DNA from: Acidimicrobiales bacterium
Lineage (GTDB): Bacteria > Actinomycetota > Acidimicrobiia > Acidimicrobiales > Iamiaceae
Reading direction: 5' to 3'
DNA: 39,132 nt
Assembly: GCA_012730075.1 (NCBI GenBank)
Contig: JAAYBP010000354.1
Span: forward strand, 1-39,132
Under the pieces are notes generated by a model. It was not told the DNA's origin and made no database searches. It saw only the letters and a list, made by a program, of their open reading frames with translations. Made by a program: the position numbers and the translations under genes. Numbering within the stretch: position 1 is the first letter of the stretch; every line of letters starts with the position of its first letter. This document shows positions 23,938 to 33,386 of the stretch, piece by piece.

Positions 23938-25131
23938 CTAGCCGACCGGCGTCGACGCGACGGCGACGGCCGTCTCGACCAGCGGGTGGTGGCAGGCGAC
24001 GAACCGCCCGTCGCCGGTCGGCGCCATCAGGGGCACCTCGGCCGCACACCGCTCGTCGGCCCGGGGGCAGCGGGTCCGGAAGTGGCATCCGCTCGGGGGG
24101 GCGAGGGGCGACGGCAGTTCGCCCTGCTCGGGGGCCCGCCGACCGCGGTGGTCGGGGTCGGGCTCGGGGATGGCGTCGAGCAGCAGGCGGGTGTACGGGT
24201 GCGCGGGGGCCGCGTAGATGACGTCCGGCGGGCCGACCTCGCAGATGCGCCCGAGGTACATGACCGCGACCCGGTCGCTGACGTTCTTGACGACGGCGAG
24301 GTCGTGGGCGATGAACACCAGGGTCAGGCCGTACTGGGCCTTGAGGTCCTCGAGCAGGTTGAGGATCTGCGCCTGCACCGACACGTCGAGGGCGGAGACC
24401 GGCTCGTCGCAGATGATGAGGTCCGGTTCGGTCACCAGGGCCCGGGCGATCGAGATGCGCTGGCACTGGCCGCCGGAGAACTGGTGGGGACGGCGGTTCC
24501 ACGCCACGTCGGGATCGAGGCCGACGGCGTCGAGCACCTCGCGGACCTTGCCCTCCACGGACGGATCGGTCGGCTGCCCGAACCCGGCCAGGTGGAACGC
24601 CCCGGCCCCGACGCCCGCGATGAGGGCGAGGAGGCCGAAGACGGCGGCCGGGCCGATGCCGGCGCCGAACACGGCGATGCCGAGGAGGATGATGCCGATC
24701 AGCGTCAGCACCGCGGCGACGATGGCGAGCGGACTGAAGGCGGACTTGGCCCAGATCCGCAGGCCCTCGGCGACGATGTCCTGGACCGGGCGTCGCGGGT
24801 TCAGCGACGAGATCGGGTCCTGGAAGATCATCTGGAGCTTGGTGCGGGTGCGGCGCAGGTCCTCACCGTGCAGGCGGGTGAGGTCGTCGCCCGCGTAGGT
24901 GACCGAGCCCTCGGTGGGCGGCGGGAGCTGCATGATCGCCCGGCCGGTGGTGGACTTGCCGCAGCCGGACTCGCCGACCAGACCGAGGGTCTCGCCCTTG
25001 CGGATGTCGATCGACAGGTCGGTGACGGCGAAGACCGTGCCCCGCCCGGTGCGGAAGCGGACGTGGAGGTTCTCGACGCGGAGCAGCGCGTCGGACGGGT
25101 CGCCGAGGTGGGCGGTTCCGCTGCCGGCCAT
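23938..25131 (-). CDS. oppF: Oligopeptide/dipeptide ABC ATPase (OppF/DppF-like) with a hydrophobic insertion
   Basis: Walker A GESGCGKST, Q-loop IFQDP, FSGGQ, 'IICDEP', H-loop 'IAHD', 'HPYT', and a C-terminal Cys cluster (GCHFRTRC...C...ACH). Confidence 0.93.
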   Translation of the reverse strand: MAGSGTAHLGDPSDALLRVENLHVRFRTGRGTVFAVTDLSIDIRKGETLGLVGESGCGKSTTGRAIMQLPPPTEGSVTYAGDDLTRLHGEDLRRTRTKLQMIFQDPISSLNPRRPVQDIVAEGLRIWAKSAFSPLAIVAAVLTLIGIILLGIAVFGAGIGPAAVFGLLALIAGVGAGAFHLAGFGQPTDPSVEGKVREVLDAVGLDPDVAWNRRPHQFSGGQCQRISIARALVTEPDLIICDEPVSALDVSVQAQILNLLEDLKAQYGLTLVFIAHDLAVVKNVSDRVAVMYLGRICEVGPPDVIYAAPAHPYTRLLLDAIPEPDPDHRGRRAPEQGELPSPLAPPSGCHFRTRCPRADERCAAEVPLMAPTGDGRFVACHHPLVETAVAVASTPVG

Positions 25132-26276
25132 CAGTCGACGTTCCCCTCGACCGCGTCGTCGTCGACCAGCTCGAGGTCGACGGCCTGCTCGTCGCCCGGC
25201 TCGCGCACGTGGGCCTCCTCGGCGATGGTGTCGAGCGTGGTCTGCTCCCTCGCGATGCCGACGGGGTACCAGCAGCGGTAGAGGTGGTCGGCGCGGCCGC
25301 CGGGCTCGGCGACGAGCGGCGGCTCCTCGGTGCGGCAGCGATCCTGGGCGTAGGGGCACCGCGCCGCGAACCGGCAGCCGGCGGGCGGGTGGAGCAGGTC
25401 GGGTGGCCGCCCGCTGATCGCCTCGAGCCGGGTGTGGCTGGGCAGGTCGAGGCGGGGGATCGAGCGCAGCAGGGCCTCGGTGTAGGGGTGCCGCATCTCG
25501 CGGAAGAGGGTGGCGGTGGGGGCCTGCTCGACGATGCGCCCGCCGTACATCACCGCGATCTCGTCGGCGCGGGTCGCCACCACCCCGAGGTCGTGGGTGA
25601 CCAGGATGACCGCCATCTCGCGCTCCTCCTGCTGATCGGCGATCAGGTCGAGGATCTGGGCCTGGACGGTCACGTCGAGGGCGGTGGTGGGCTCGTCGGC
25701 GAAGAGCAGGGCGGGACCGCAGGCCAGGGCGATGGCGATGACGACGCGCTGGCGCATGCCGCCGGACAGCTCGTGGGGGTACTGGTTCAGACGGCGCTCC
25801 GGCTCGGGGATGCCGACCGACCGCAACAGGGCGATGGCGGTGTCCCGGCGCTGGGCCGACGAGTAGTCGAGGTGCTCCTTGATCGACTCGGTGATCTGGT
25901 TGCCGATCTTCTTGACCGGGTTCAGGGCGGTCATCGGATCCTGGAAGATCATCGACATCTCGGCGCCCCACACCTTGCGGAGGGTCGAGTGGTCGGCCCC
26001 GAGCATCTCGACGCCCTCGAAGCGCACGCTGCCGGTGCGGCTGGCGTAGGACGGCATCAGGCCCATGATCGAGCGCGAGAGCACCGACTTGCCCGAGCCG
26101 GACTCGCCGACGATGCCGAGGGTGCGACCCCGGGGGAGCGAGAGGTCGACGTGCTCGACGGCGCGCACCGGACCCCGCGGCGTGGCGAAGGTGGTGGACA
26201 GGTCGTCGACGACGAGGAGCGGCTCCCCGTCGACGGGCAGGCCCTCGGCGGGACGGGCGTCGATCGCGGTGCTCAC
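25131..26276 (-). CDS. oppD: Oligopeptide/dipeptide ABC ATPase (OppD/DppD-like)
   Basis: GTG at 26276 in a GTGA overlap. [18 protein letters not shown], 'FADEPTT', 'HPYT', 'GCRFAARC'. Confidence 0.95.
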   Translation of the reverse strand: MSTAIDARPAEGLPVDGEPLLVVDDLSTTFATPRGPVRAVEHVDLSLPRGRTLGIVGESGSGKSVLSRSIMGLMPSYASRTGSVRFEGVEMLGADHSTLRKVWGAEMSMIFQDPMTALNPVKKIGNQITESIKEHLDYSSAQRRDTAIALLRSVGIPEPERRLNQYPHELSGGMRQRVVIAIALACGPALLFADEPTTALDVTVQAQILDLIADQQEEREMAVILVTHDLGVVATRADEIAVMYGGRIVEQAPTATLFREMRHPYTEALLRSIPRLDLPSHTRLEAISGRPPDLLHPPAGCRFAARCPYAQDRCRTEEPPLVAEPGGRADHLYRCWYPVGIAREQTTLDTIAEEAHVREPGDEQAVDLELVDDDAVEGNVD

Positions 26277-27223
26277 AGCGAGCTCTCCCTGACGTCGAAG
26301 CGCGCCCGGATGGCGTCGCCCAGGTAGTTGAGCGCCATCACCGTGAGGAACAGGGCGATGACCGGGCAGAAGAGCGCGTTCAGGGGCGCCCGACTGACGC
26401 TGCGGTTCTCGGCGATCATGTTCCCCCACGACGGAGCGGGCGGCTCGACGCCCATGCCGAGCACGCTCAGGGCGCCCTCGCCGATGATGGCGATGCCGAC
26501 GCTCAGCAGGGCGATCGAGAACATGGCGGGCAGGGCGTTGGGCAGCACCTCGCGGATCATGATGCGGAGGTCCTTCGCCCCCTGGGCCCGCGCCGCGGTC
26601 ACGAACTCGCGCTGGGACCAGGTGAGGCTCGTCGCGCGGGTGATGCGGGCCAGCAGCGGGATCGCGATGATGCCGAGCGCGAGGATGAGGATCTGGATCG
26701 TGGTGAGCCCGCCGGCCGCCTCGACGACCTCGCCGGCGCCGGCCTGGGGCGCGGTCGGTTTGAGGAACGCCACCAGGCTGAGGGCGAGGACGAGCTGCGG
26801 GAAGGCGAGCATCACGTCGAACAGGCTCGACAGGATGGTGTCGATGCGGCCGCGGCGGTAGCCGGAGACCAGGCCGAGCGTGCCGCCGAACACCATCCCC
26901 ATCGCCACCGCGCCGACGCTGACGGTGAGCGACGCCCGGGCCCCCCAGACGAGCCGGGAGAGCACGTCGCGCTGGCTGCTGTCGGTGCCGAGGACGTGGC
27001 CCTCGGTGAAGAGCGGCAGGGCCCGTCCGGCACCGGGAGCCTCGGGATCGTCGATCGGGAGCACCGGAGCCAGGATGGCGACGACCACGACGAGGATCAG
27101 CCAGACGGCGGCGACCCAGCCGATGACGCCGATGCCCTTCGCCTTGACGGCCGCCGGGGTCTCGTCGGCCGCGGCGGGTTCGATGGCCATGTTGAGCTGG
27201 GCGATCGGGGTCTCAGCTGGCAT
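26273..27223 (-). CDS. oppC: Peptide ABC permease (OppC/DppC-like)
   Basis: 'HVLGTDSSQRDVLSRL', EAA-like loop 'EFVTAARAQGA', 'PPAPSWG'. Confidence 0.94.
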   Translation of the reverse strand: MPAETPIAQLNMAIEPAAADETPAAVKAKGIGVIGWVAAVWLILVVVVAILAPVLPIDDPEAPGAGRALPLFTEGHVLGTDSSQRDVLSRLVWGARASLTVSVGAVAMGMVFGGTLGLVSGYRRGRIDTILSSLFDVMLAFPQLVLALSLVAFLKPTAPQAGAGEVVEAAGGLTTIQILILALGIIAIPLLARITRATSLTWSQREFVTAARAQGAKDLRIMIREVLPNALPAMFSIALLSVGIAIIGEGALSVLGMGVEPPAPSWGNMIAENRSVSRAPLNALFCPVIALFLTVMALNYLGDAIRARFDVRESSL

Positions 27224-28220
27224 GGCGGATCCTCGGGTCCAGGACGTTGTAGAGGACGTCGAGCACGGCGTTGATCAACACGAAGCCGATGGCGATGATC
27301 GCCACGCAGCTCTGGAGCGTCAGGTACTGCCGGGTGAGGATCGACTCGTAGATCAGGCTGCCCATGCCCTGGATGCCGAAGAGCACCTCGATGACGACGG
27401 TGCCGCCGATCAGGGTGCCGATGTTCAGGCCGGCGACGGTGAGCAGCGCCAGGCTCGACGGCCGCAGCGCGTGTCGCCACAGCACCCGTGAGTTGGAGAT
27501 CCCCTTCGACCGGGCCATCAGGATGAAGTCCTCCTGGAGCGTCTGGATCAGGTCGCTGCGCAGGAGCCGCATGTAGATGGCGATCTGCCCGATGGCGAGG
27601 GTGATCGACGGCAGGACCATGTCGGTGAAGTGCTGCGCGGGGTCCTCGGAGAAGTACGTGTAGCCGGTGGGGGAGAACGGCAGGCTCGATCTCACCCCGA
27701 TCCAGTACGCCAGCAACAGGGCCACCGCGAAGTTGGGGAGCGACAGCATCCCGAACGCGGTCGCGTTGCTCAGCCGGTCGAAGATCGACCCCTCCTTGTA
27801 CGCGGTGATCACGCCGAGCGGGATGGCGACGGCGAGCGCGATCACCTGCGAGTACAGGATCAACTGCAACGTCGGCGGGAGCGCGGGGGCGAGCCGCTCG
27901 CTGACCGGCGACTTGTCCTGCTTGCCGTACTCGTAGCCCATGTCGCCGGTGAGGAACCCCGACAGCCAGTTCCAGTACTGCACCGGCAGCGGGTCGTCGA
28001 GGCCCATGTCGGCGCGGACCCGTTCCTTCTGCTCGCGCACGATCTGGTCGGTGCGCGGGTCACCGGTGTTGTCCGACGCGGGGACCAGGAGGTCCTCGGG
28101 GTCGCCGGGCAGGAACCGGACCAGCAGGAACGTGAACAGGGTGACGCAGAACAGCACCACGATCAGCTGGGCGAGCTTGCGCGCGACCAGCTTGAGCGTC
28201 CGGGCGAGGTTCGGGCTCAT
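27213..28220 (-). CDS. oppB: Peptide ABC permease (OppB/DppB-like)
   Basis: 'LPGDP', 'GLDDPLPVQY', 'DFILMARSKG', 'IEVLFGIQGMG', 'LDPRI'. Confidence 0.95.
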   Translation of the reverse strand: MSPNLARTLKLVARKLAQLIVVLFCVTLFTFLLVRFLPGDPEDLLVPASDNTGDPRTDQIVREQKERVRADMGLDDPLPVQYWNWLSGFLTGDMGYEYGKQDKSPVSERLAPALPPTLQLILYSQVIALAVAIPLGVITAYKEGSIFDRLSNATAFGMLSLPNFAVALLLAYWIGVRSSLPFSPTGYTYFSEDPAQHFTDMVLPSITLAIGQIAIYMRLLRSDLIQTLQEDFILMARSKGISNSRVLWRHALRPSSLALLTVAGLNIGTLIGGTVVIEVLFGIQGMGSLIYESILTRQYLTLQSCVAIIAIGFVLINAVLDVLYNVLDPRIRHAS

Positions 28221-28248
28221 GGGGTGGATCCGGGGTGGGGTGGGACGG

Positions 28249-29928
28249 TCAGTCGGCGATCCAGAGCCCGTAGGTCGGGAAGCCGGCGGCCAGACCGGGC
28301 AGCGGCTGATCGCCGTTGGGCAGGGCCGGGAACGTCTCGGGGTCGTAGCCGAACACGTTGGGCTGGGAGCCGATCATCCACGTCGTGAAGTTCGCCCAGA
28401 CGCTGTACACCTGCTCGCCCATGATCTCGTTGATCTCCTTGTAGATATCGGCGCGGGCGTCGGGGTTCGGCTCGGAGCGGCCCTCGTCGAGGAGGCGGTT
28501 GATGTCCTCGTCGTTGAACCGGGAGAAGTTCACCGGCGAGCCGCCCTTGAACCACACGTACAGCTCGTCGGGGTCGCCGCCGGGGTAGTTGCGGAAGCCC
28601 ATGATGTCGAAGTTGCCCTGGATGGCGTTGTCGATCAGGGCGTCCTGCTGCACGGTGTCGAGCTCGATGTCGAGATCGATCTTGCGGAGCTGCTGCTGGA
28701 TGTAGGTCGCCGTCTCCTGGGTGAGCGTGCCGGGGGTCGCCTGGTAGGTGAACGTGCGGATCGGGCCGTTCTCCGCCTCGTACTCGTCGAGCAGGGCGCG
28801 AGCCTCCTCGAGGTCCTGGCCGTCGGGGAAGGCGGTGTCGTCGAGGTAGGCCGGCGAACCGGGGCCGAAGGGTCCCTGCGCCATCTCGAACTCACCGCGG
28901 TTGATGACCTCGGTGTAGTCCTCGGGGTCGACCGTGAGGGCGAGGGCGCGGCGCACGCGGGCATCGTCGAACGGAGGCCGCGAGTTGTTGATCTGGATGA
29001 AGGCCAGCTCGCCGAAGTCGTTCGACTCGTAGTTGCGGAGCACGCCGTCCTCGCTGAGGCTCCGGATCGCCTGGAGGTCCGGAGCGCCGGAGAAGTGGCC
29101 GAGGTCGATGTCGCCGTTCTCCAGCGCGTTGACCCGCTGCTCGGACTCGATCATCGGCTGGAACACGATCTCGTCGAGGTACGGGTACGGCTTCCCGTCC
29201 GGGGCCTCCTGCCAGTAGTCGGGGTTGGCGACGGCCCGGAGCTGGCGGTTCTCCTGCCAGTCGTCGAGCATGAACGGGCCGGTGCCGATCAGGTTGCTGC
29301 TGCAGTCCGACGTGTCGTCGAGCTGGGCCTGGGCGGTGATGCCGAGCCGGCCGCTGGAGTAGAGGAAGGCGTTGAACGCCACCCACGGCACCTTGGTGGT
29401 GACGGTGACCTCGAGGTCACCGGTGACCTCGACGTTGTCGATGTTGTCCATCACGAAGAGGAACAGCAGCGGCTCGCGGGTCGGGTGCGGGGTGACCGTC
29501 TCGGCGGTGGACGAGCCCACCACGCCTCGATAGGCGTCGAGGTTGTTCCGGACGACCTCGGCGGTGAGGTCGGAGCCGTCGTGGAACTTCACCCCCTCGC
29601 GGAGGGTGATCGTCCACTGGGTGTAGTCGTCGTTGGGCTGGACGTCCTCGGCGAGGTACGGGACGTACTCGCCGTCGGCGTTGGGCACGGTGAGCGTGTC
29701 GTAGATCGTGCGGGCGACCATGATCCCGGAGATGGCGAGCTGGGACTCCTGGAGGCACCAGCCGTCGCCGGTCTCGGCCTCGATGCCCATCGTGATCGAG
29801 CCGCCGCGGACCGGGTCACCGGCCTCGACCTCGTCCCCGCCCTTCTTGCCGCCGCAGGCTCCGGCGAGGAGGACTACCGGGAGGAGCAGTGCGAAGAGGC
29901 GGCGGGACCGCGGGCGGGAGTGGATCAC
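28249..29928 (-). CDS. oppA: Family 5 ABC substrate-binding lipoprotein (OppA/DppA-like)
   Basis: GTG at 29928, basic N-terminus and lipobox LAGA-C. 'LREGVKFHDGS', 'IGTGPF', 'NPDYW', 'PFDDARVRRAL'. Confidence 0.93.
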   Translation of the reverse strand: MIHSRPRSRRLFALLLPVVLLAGACGGKKGGDEVEAGDPVRGGSITMGIEAETGDGWCLQESQLAISGIMVARTIYDTLTVPNADGEYVPYLAEDVQPNDDYTQWTITLREGVKFHDGSDLTAEVVRNNLDAYRGVVGSSTAETVTPHPTREPLLFLFVMDNIDNVEVTGDLEVTVTTKVPWVAFNAFLYSSGRLGITAQAQLDDTSDCSSNLIGTGPFMLDDWQENRQLRAVANPDYWQEAPDGKPYPYLDEIVFQPMIESEQRVNALENGDIDLGHFSGAPDLQAIRSLSEDGVLRNYESNDFGELAFIQINNSRPPFDDARVRRALALTVDPEDYTEVINRGEFEMAQGPFGPGSPAYLDDTAFPDGQDLEEARALLDEYEAENGPIRTFTYQATPGTLTQETATYIQQQLRKIDLDIELDTVQQDALIDNAIQGNFDIMGFRNYPGGDPDELYVWFKGGSPVNFSRFNDEDINRLLDEGRSEPNPDARADIYKEINEIMGEQVYSVWANFTTWMIGSQPNVFGYDPETFPALPNGDQPLPGLAAGFPTYGLWIAD

Positions 29929-29988
29929 GGGAAGCCCCCTGGGGGATCGGGCGGGCCGTTCGCGGAGGGTCCGGACGGCGGAACGGGT

Positions 29989-30004
29989 TGTGACGCACGT
30001 CATC
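29989..30004. promoter_or_regulatory. Candidate CRP/GlxR-like or other dimeric regulator site in the opp leader
   Basis: TGTGA-CGCACG-TCATC matches 8/10 of TGTGA-N6-TCACA, with an internal palindrome TGACG-CA-CGTCA. Confidence 0.45.
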
Positions 30005-30023
30005 GGCGACGTCGCGGGCGGGG

Positions 30024-30052
30024 AACCTACGGCCTGGTTGGCGCGGCGTCAA
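30024..30052 (-). promoter_or_regulatory. Sigma70/HrdB-type promoter for the opp operon
   Basis: Minus strand reads TTGACG (30052-30047), a 17-nt spacer, then TAGGTT (30029-30024), about 95 nt upstream of oppA. Confidence 0.75.
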
Positions 30053-30104
30053 CAACCCCACCGCGGTTGCCCCGCTCCTGGCCACAGGCTCTAGGGTCCC
30101 AGCG

Positions 30105-31148
30105 ATGGACGGGCGCGAGGGCGACGGCCGACCGGGCCCGGCGGGCGGGTCCGCCACGCGCACCGTCGCCGCCGCCGTGCGGGCGTGGGCCGAGGGCCGA
30201 CCGCTCGACGCGGCCGCCGGTGCGCGCCGGGCGGTCGAGGGCCTCGACGCCGCCGGCGACCGGGTGGGCGCCGCCCGCGCCCGCCGCCTGATGGCCGACT
30301 GCCTCGCGGACGCGGGGGAGCACCGGGCCGCCCTCGGCCAGCTCCGTCACGCCCGGCGGGCGTTCGCGGCGCGGCCGGAGCTGATCCCGGACCTGGCGGG
30401 CACCGAGGCGGCGGCCGCTGCGAGCCTGCGCGCGCTCGGCCGCCTCGACGACGCCCGTCGGGCCCTCCTGCGCGCCGAGGCCGCCTACGAGGCGGCCGGC
30501 ATGCCGGTGCGTGCCGCGACGTGCCGCCTCGACCGCGGCGTGGTGCACCACGACGAGGGCGACGTCGCCGGAGCGGTCGACCTCCTGGCCCGCGCCCGCG
30601 CCACGTTCCTCGAGCACCGACGACCCGACCTCGCCGCCGTCGCCGACTTCGACCTCGGCGTCGCCCTGCTCGACGACGGTCGGGCCGACGACGCCATCGA
30701 GCGCTTCCAGAGCGCCCGCGGCATCTTCTCCTCGCTGGGGCAGGCCACCGACGAGGCGGCGTGCGACCTGAACCTGGGCGTCGCCCTCCACGCGGTCGAC
30801 CGCACCGAAGAGGCCCGCCGGTCCCTGCGCCGGGCGCGCGCCGCGTTCGAGCGGGCCGGACGCACCGCGGACGTCGAGCAGGTCGATCACGACCTCGACG
30901 TGCTCGACGGGCTGGTCGACCCCGACACCGCGGAGCTGTCCGTCCTGCGCGACCTCGGGGAGGTGCCGCCGGAGCTGGTCGAGATGGCCGCCCGCCTCGA
31001 CCCGCCGACCGACCCGGTCGCGCCGGTCGTCGACGACGCCGACGGGCCGGGGGACCCGGCGGGGGACCCCGACGGCGCGAACGGGGGAGACGGTCCCGAC
31101 GGTCCCGACGGTCAGGACGGCGGGGGGATCGACACCGAGTCGCGGTAG
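30105..31148 (+). CDS. Tetratricopeptide-repeat protein with an acidic low-complexity tail
   Basis: About 40-aa helical repeats ('AVADFDLGVAL...A...F..AR', 'AACDLNLGVAL...EAR...RAR..F'). TAGGGT lies 7 nt before the ATG. Confidence 0.8.
   Translation: MDGREGDGRPGPAGGSATRTVAAAVRAWAEGRPLDAAAGARRAVEGLDAAGDRVGAARARRLMADCLADAGEHRAALGQLRHARRAFAARPELIPDLAGTEAAAAASLRALGRLDDARRALLRAEAAYEAAGMPVRAATCRLDRGVVHHDEGDVAGAVDLLARARATFLEHRRPDLAAVADFDLGVALLDDGRADDAIERFQSARGIFSSLGQATDEAACDLNLGVALHAVDRTEEARRSLRRARAAFERAGRTADVEQVDHDLDVLDGLVDPDTAELSVLRDLGEVPPELVEMAARLDPPTDPVAPVVDDADGPGDPAGDPDGANGGDGPDGPDGQDGGGIDTESR
31089..31113 (+). repeat. 9-bp tandem repeat (GACGGTCCC, about 2.8 copies) encoding DGP repeats
   Basis: gacggtccc gacggtccc gacggtc read directly from the sequence. 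Confidence 0.7.
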
Positions 31149-32431
31149 TCGTGGGCCGCGGTCAGCACCGCGAACACGTAGAAGCCCGAGTGGTTGTAGG
31201 AGAAGTAGCCCCGCTCGAGGCCGGCATCGTCGCGCATCGACCCCGACGCACAGAGGTAGGCGGCCGCCGCGGCCGCCGCGTCGTAGAGGTTCTGGCTGTT
31301 CGCCTCGCCGTCGCCGTCGGCGTCGAGGCCCCAGCGGGCCCAGGTCTGGGGGATGAACTGCATCGGACCGGTCGCGCGGTCGTAGACCGGGTCGCCGTCG
31401 ATCCGCCCTCCGTCGGAGTCGCGGATGTGCGCGGTGCCCATCGCTCCGGTGAGCGGGATGCCGATGATCGGCTCGGTGAGGCTGCCGTCGGCCCGGACCT
31501 CGGCGCCGCCGTAGGTGCCGTGGCGCGACTCGATGCGACCGATGCCGGCGAGCGCCCACCACGAGATGTCACAGCCCGGCGCCAGCAGCTCCATCAGGCG
31601 GGCCGCCTTCAAGTAGGCGTCGAGGACCACGAGCGGGAAGTCGGCGCCCTCGACCGTCGCCAGGCGCCGCTCCTCCTCGACGGTCGCCTCGGCGACCATC
31701 AGCTCGCCCGTGAGCCGCTCACGGTCGTCGGCCGCCTGGACCCGCACCCGTTCCGCCTCGGCCAGCGCGTCGCGCACGCCCTCGCGCACGGCGGTGGCGA
31801 GCTGCTCCTCGTTGCGACGCGTGATCGCGTTGCGGGTCGCCCGGTCGAGCTGAGAGAGCTGGCGGTCGGCCAGCGCGCCGGCCGTGACCGATGCGGTGGC
31901 GAGGTCGTCGAGGGTGCTGGTGTCGAGCGCGAAGAGGGGGCTCAGCTCGCGGCCCGTGCCCGACACGTAGGCCGACACCGCCACCTGGCGCAGCTCGCCG
32001 CCGAGCCGGTCCATCTCGGACTCCCAGTGCTCGGCGGCGGTGCGGGCGGCGTCGATCTGCTCGGTCAGCTCGCGCTCGCGGAGCGTCAGCTCGAGGATCT
32101 CGCCCGCCTTGGCCGTCTCGAGCTCGGTCGCGGCCGTGAGGTCGGACCGGACCCGGTCGCGTTCGGCCACCGCCGCGTCGTGGGTCGCGCTCTGCACCTG
32201 GACCGCCGCCAGGTCGGGGGAGATGTCCGGCAGCTCCCCGAGCGGCGGCAGCTCACCGTCGTCGGGCTCCGCCTGATCGCCCACGCCCGTCGACGAGGCG
32301 TCGACGGGCCACGGCCTGTCCGCCGGTTCGGCCCCCGACGCCGGGCCGACCGGCAGCATCCCCAGGGCCACGGCGACACACGCGACGAGACGTCGCGTGC
32401 GGGCGCGCGGGGTCGGGGATGGGCGGTCCAT
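31112..32431 (-). CDS. Secreted lytic transglycosylase (SLT/MltB-like) with a coiled-coil region
   Basis: Signal peptide (RRLVACVAVALG...ASG), coiled coil, 'LAGIGRIESRHG' catalytic Glu, 'RATGPMQFIPQTW', 'DADGDG', 'YLC', 'SYNHS'. Confidence 0.9.
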   Translation of the reverse strand: MDRPSPTPRARTRRLVACVAVALGMLPVGPASGAEPADRPWPVDASSTGVGDQAEPDDGELPPLGELPDISPDLAAVQVQSATHDAAVAERDRVRSDLTAATELETAKAGEILELTLRERELTEQIDAARTAAEHWESEMDRLGGELRQVAVSAYVSGTGRELSPLFALDTSTLDDLATASVTAGALADRQLSQLDRATRNAITRRNEEQLATAVREGVRDALAEAERVRVQAADDRERLTGELMVAEATVEEERRLATVEGADFPLVVLDAYLKAARLMELLAPGCDISWWALAGIGRIESRHGTYGGAEVRADGSLTEPIIGIPLTGAMGTAHIRDSDGGRIDGDPVYDRATGPMQFIPQTWARWGLDADGDGEANSQNLYDAAAAAAAYLCASGSMRDDAGLERGYFSYNHSGFYVFAVLTAAHDYRDSVSIPPPS

Positions 32432-32501
32432 GGCCGTTTCCTATCGGATCCGGGACGGGTCGCGTAAGTGCGTCCCGCAAGCCCGGCCTACCCTCCGGGC
32501 G

Positions 32502-33350
32502 ATGGACGATCCGATCCCCACCGAGCCGGACCCCGAGCGGGTCACCGTCACCGTCGCCGACGGGGTCGCCGAGGTGCGCCTCAACCGACCCGACAAGCTC
32601 AACGCGCTCGACGGTCGGATGTTCCAGGCGATCGTCGCGGCGGGCGATCAGGTGGCGGGCGACCGCCGGGTCAGGGCCGTGGTCCTGTGCGGCGAGGGCC
32701 GGTCGTTCTGCGCCGGTCTCGACCTCGCCTCCTTCGCGGCGATGGCGAACCCGGGTGGCGGTGGGTCCGCGGGGCCGGGCGGCGGATCGATCGTCGACCG
32801 CCTGCCCGGACGGCCGTCGAACCTCTTCCAGGAGGTCGCGCACGTCTGGCACGCCCTGCCCCAGCCGGTCGTCGCCGCCCTCCACGGTCACGTGTTCGGC
32901 GGTGGGCTCCAGATCGCGCTGGGGGCCGACATCCGCTACGCCCGCCCCGACGCCCAGCTCTCGGTGATGGAGGCCCGGTGGGGGCTGCTGCCGGACATGA
33001 CCGGACCGCAGATGCTCGTGCGCCTCTGCGGCCTCGACGTCGCCAAGGAGCTGGTCTTCACCGCCCGGAGGATCAGCGGCGAGGAGGCCCACGGTCTGGG
33101 CCTCGTCACCCACGTCGTCGACGACCCGCTCGCGGCGGCCCGGGCGCTGGCCGCCGAGATCGCCGGTCGCAACCCGCAGGCGATCCAGGGGGCGAAGGCG
33201 CTGCTGAACCGGGCGGGCACGCGTCCGCTCGTCGAGTCGCTGATCGACGAGTCCGAGCGCATGGCCGCCCTGATCGGCAGCCCCAACCAGGTCGAGGCGG
33301 TCACCGCCGAGCTCGAGGGCCGGTCGCCGGTGTTCACCGACGAGCCGTGA
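32502..33350 (+). CDS. Enoyl-CoA hydratase/isomerase (crotonase) family protein
   Basis: 'LNRPDKLNALD', 'SFCAGLD', 'GGGLQIALGADIR', 'EARWGLLPD'. ATG at 32502 follows TACCCT. Confidence 0.93.
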   Translation: MDDPIPTEPDPERVTVTVADGVAEVRLNRPDKLNALDGRMFQAIVAAGDQVAGDRRVRAVVLCGEGRSFCAGLDLASFAAMANPGGGGSAGPGGGSIVDRLPGRPSNLFQEVAHVWHALPQPVVAALHGHVFGGGLQIALGADIRYARPDAQLSVMEARWGLLPDMTGPQMLVRLCGLDVAKELVFTARRISGEEAHGLGLVTHVVDDPLAAARALAAEIAGRNPQAIQGAKALLNRAGTRPLVESLIDESERMAALIGSPNQVEAVTAELEGRSPVFTDEP

Positions 33351-33386
33351 CCTCGGCGACCGGGTGAGCCGGATCCGGGAGGGGCG

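Noticed and set aside
26273-29928. Somewhat lower GC of the opp genes (and the sulfotransferase) as a sign of horizontal transfer
   Set aside because: Third codon positions remain strongly G/C, amino-acid composition explains the shift, and no mobility genes or att sites are present.
32432-32501. Riboswitch (for example c-di-AMP) upstream of the lytic transglycosylase
   Set aside because: The intergenic space is only 70 bp and holds one 7-bp inverted repeat (32451-32457/32471-32477). It is too short and has no recognisable aptamer motifs.
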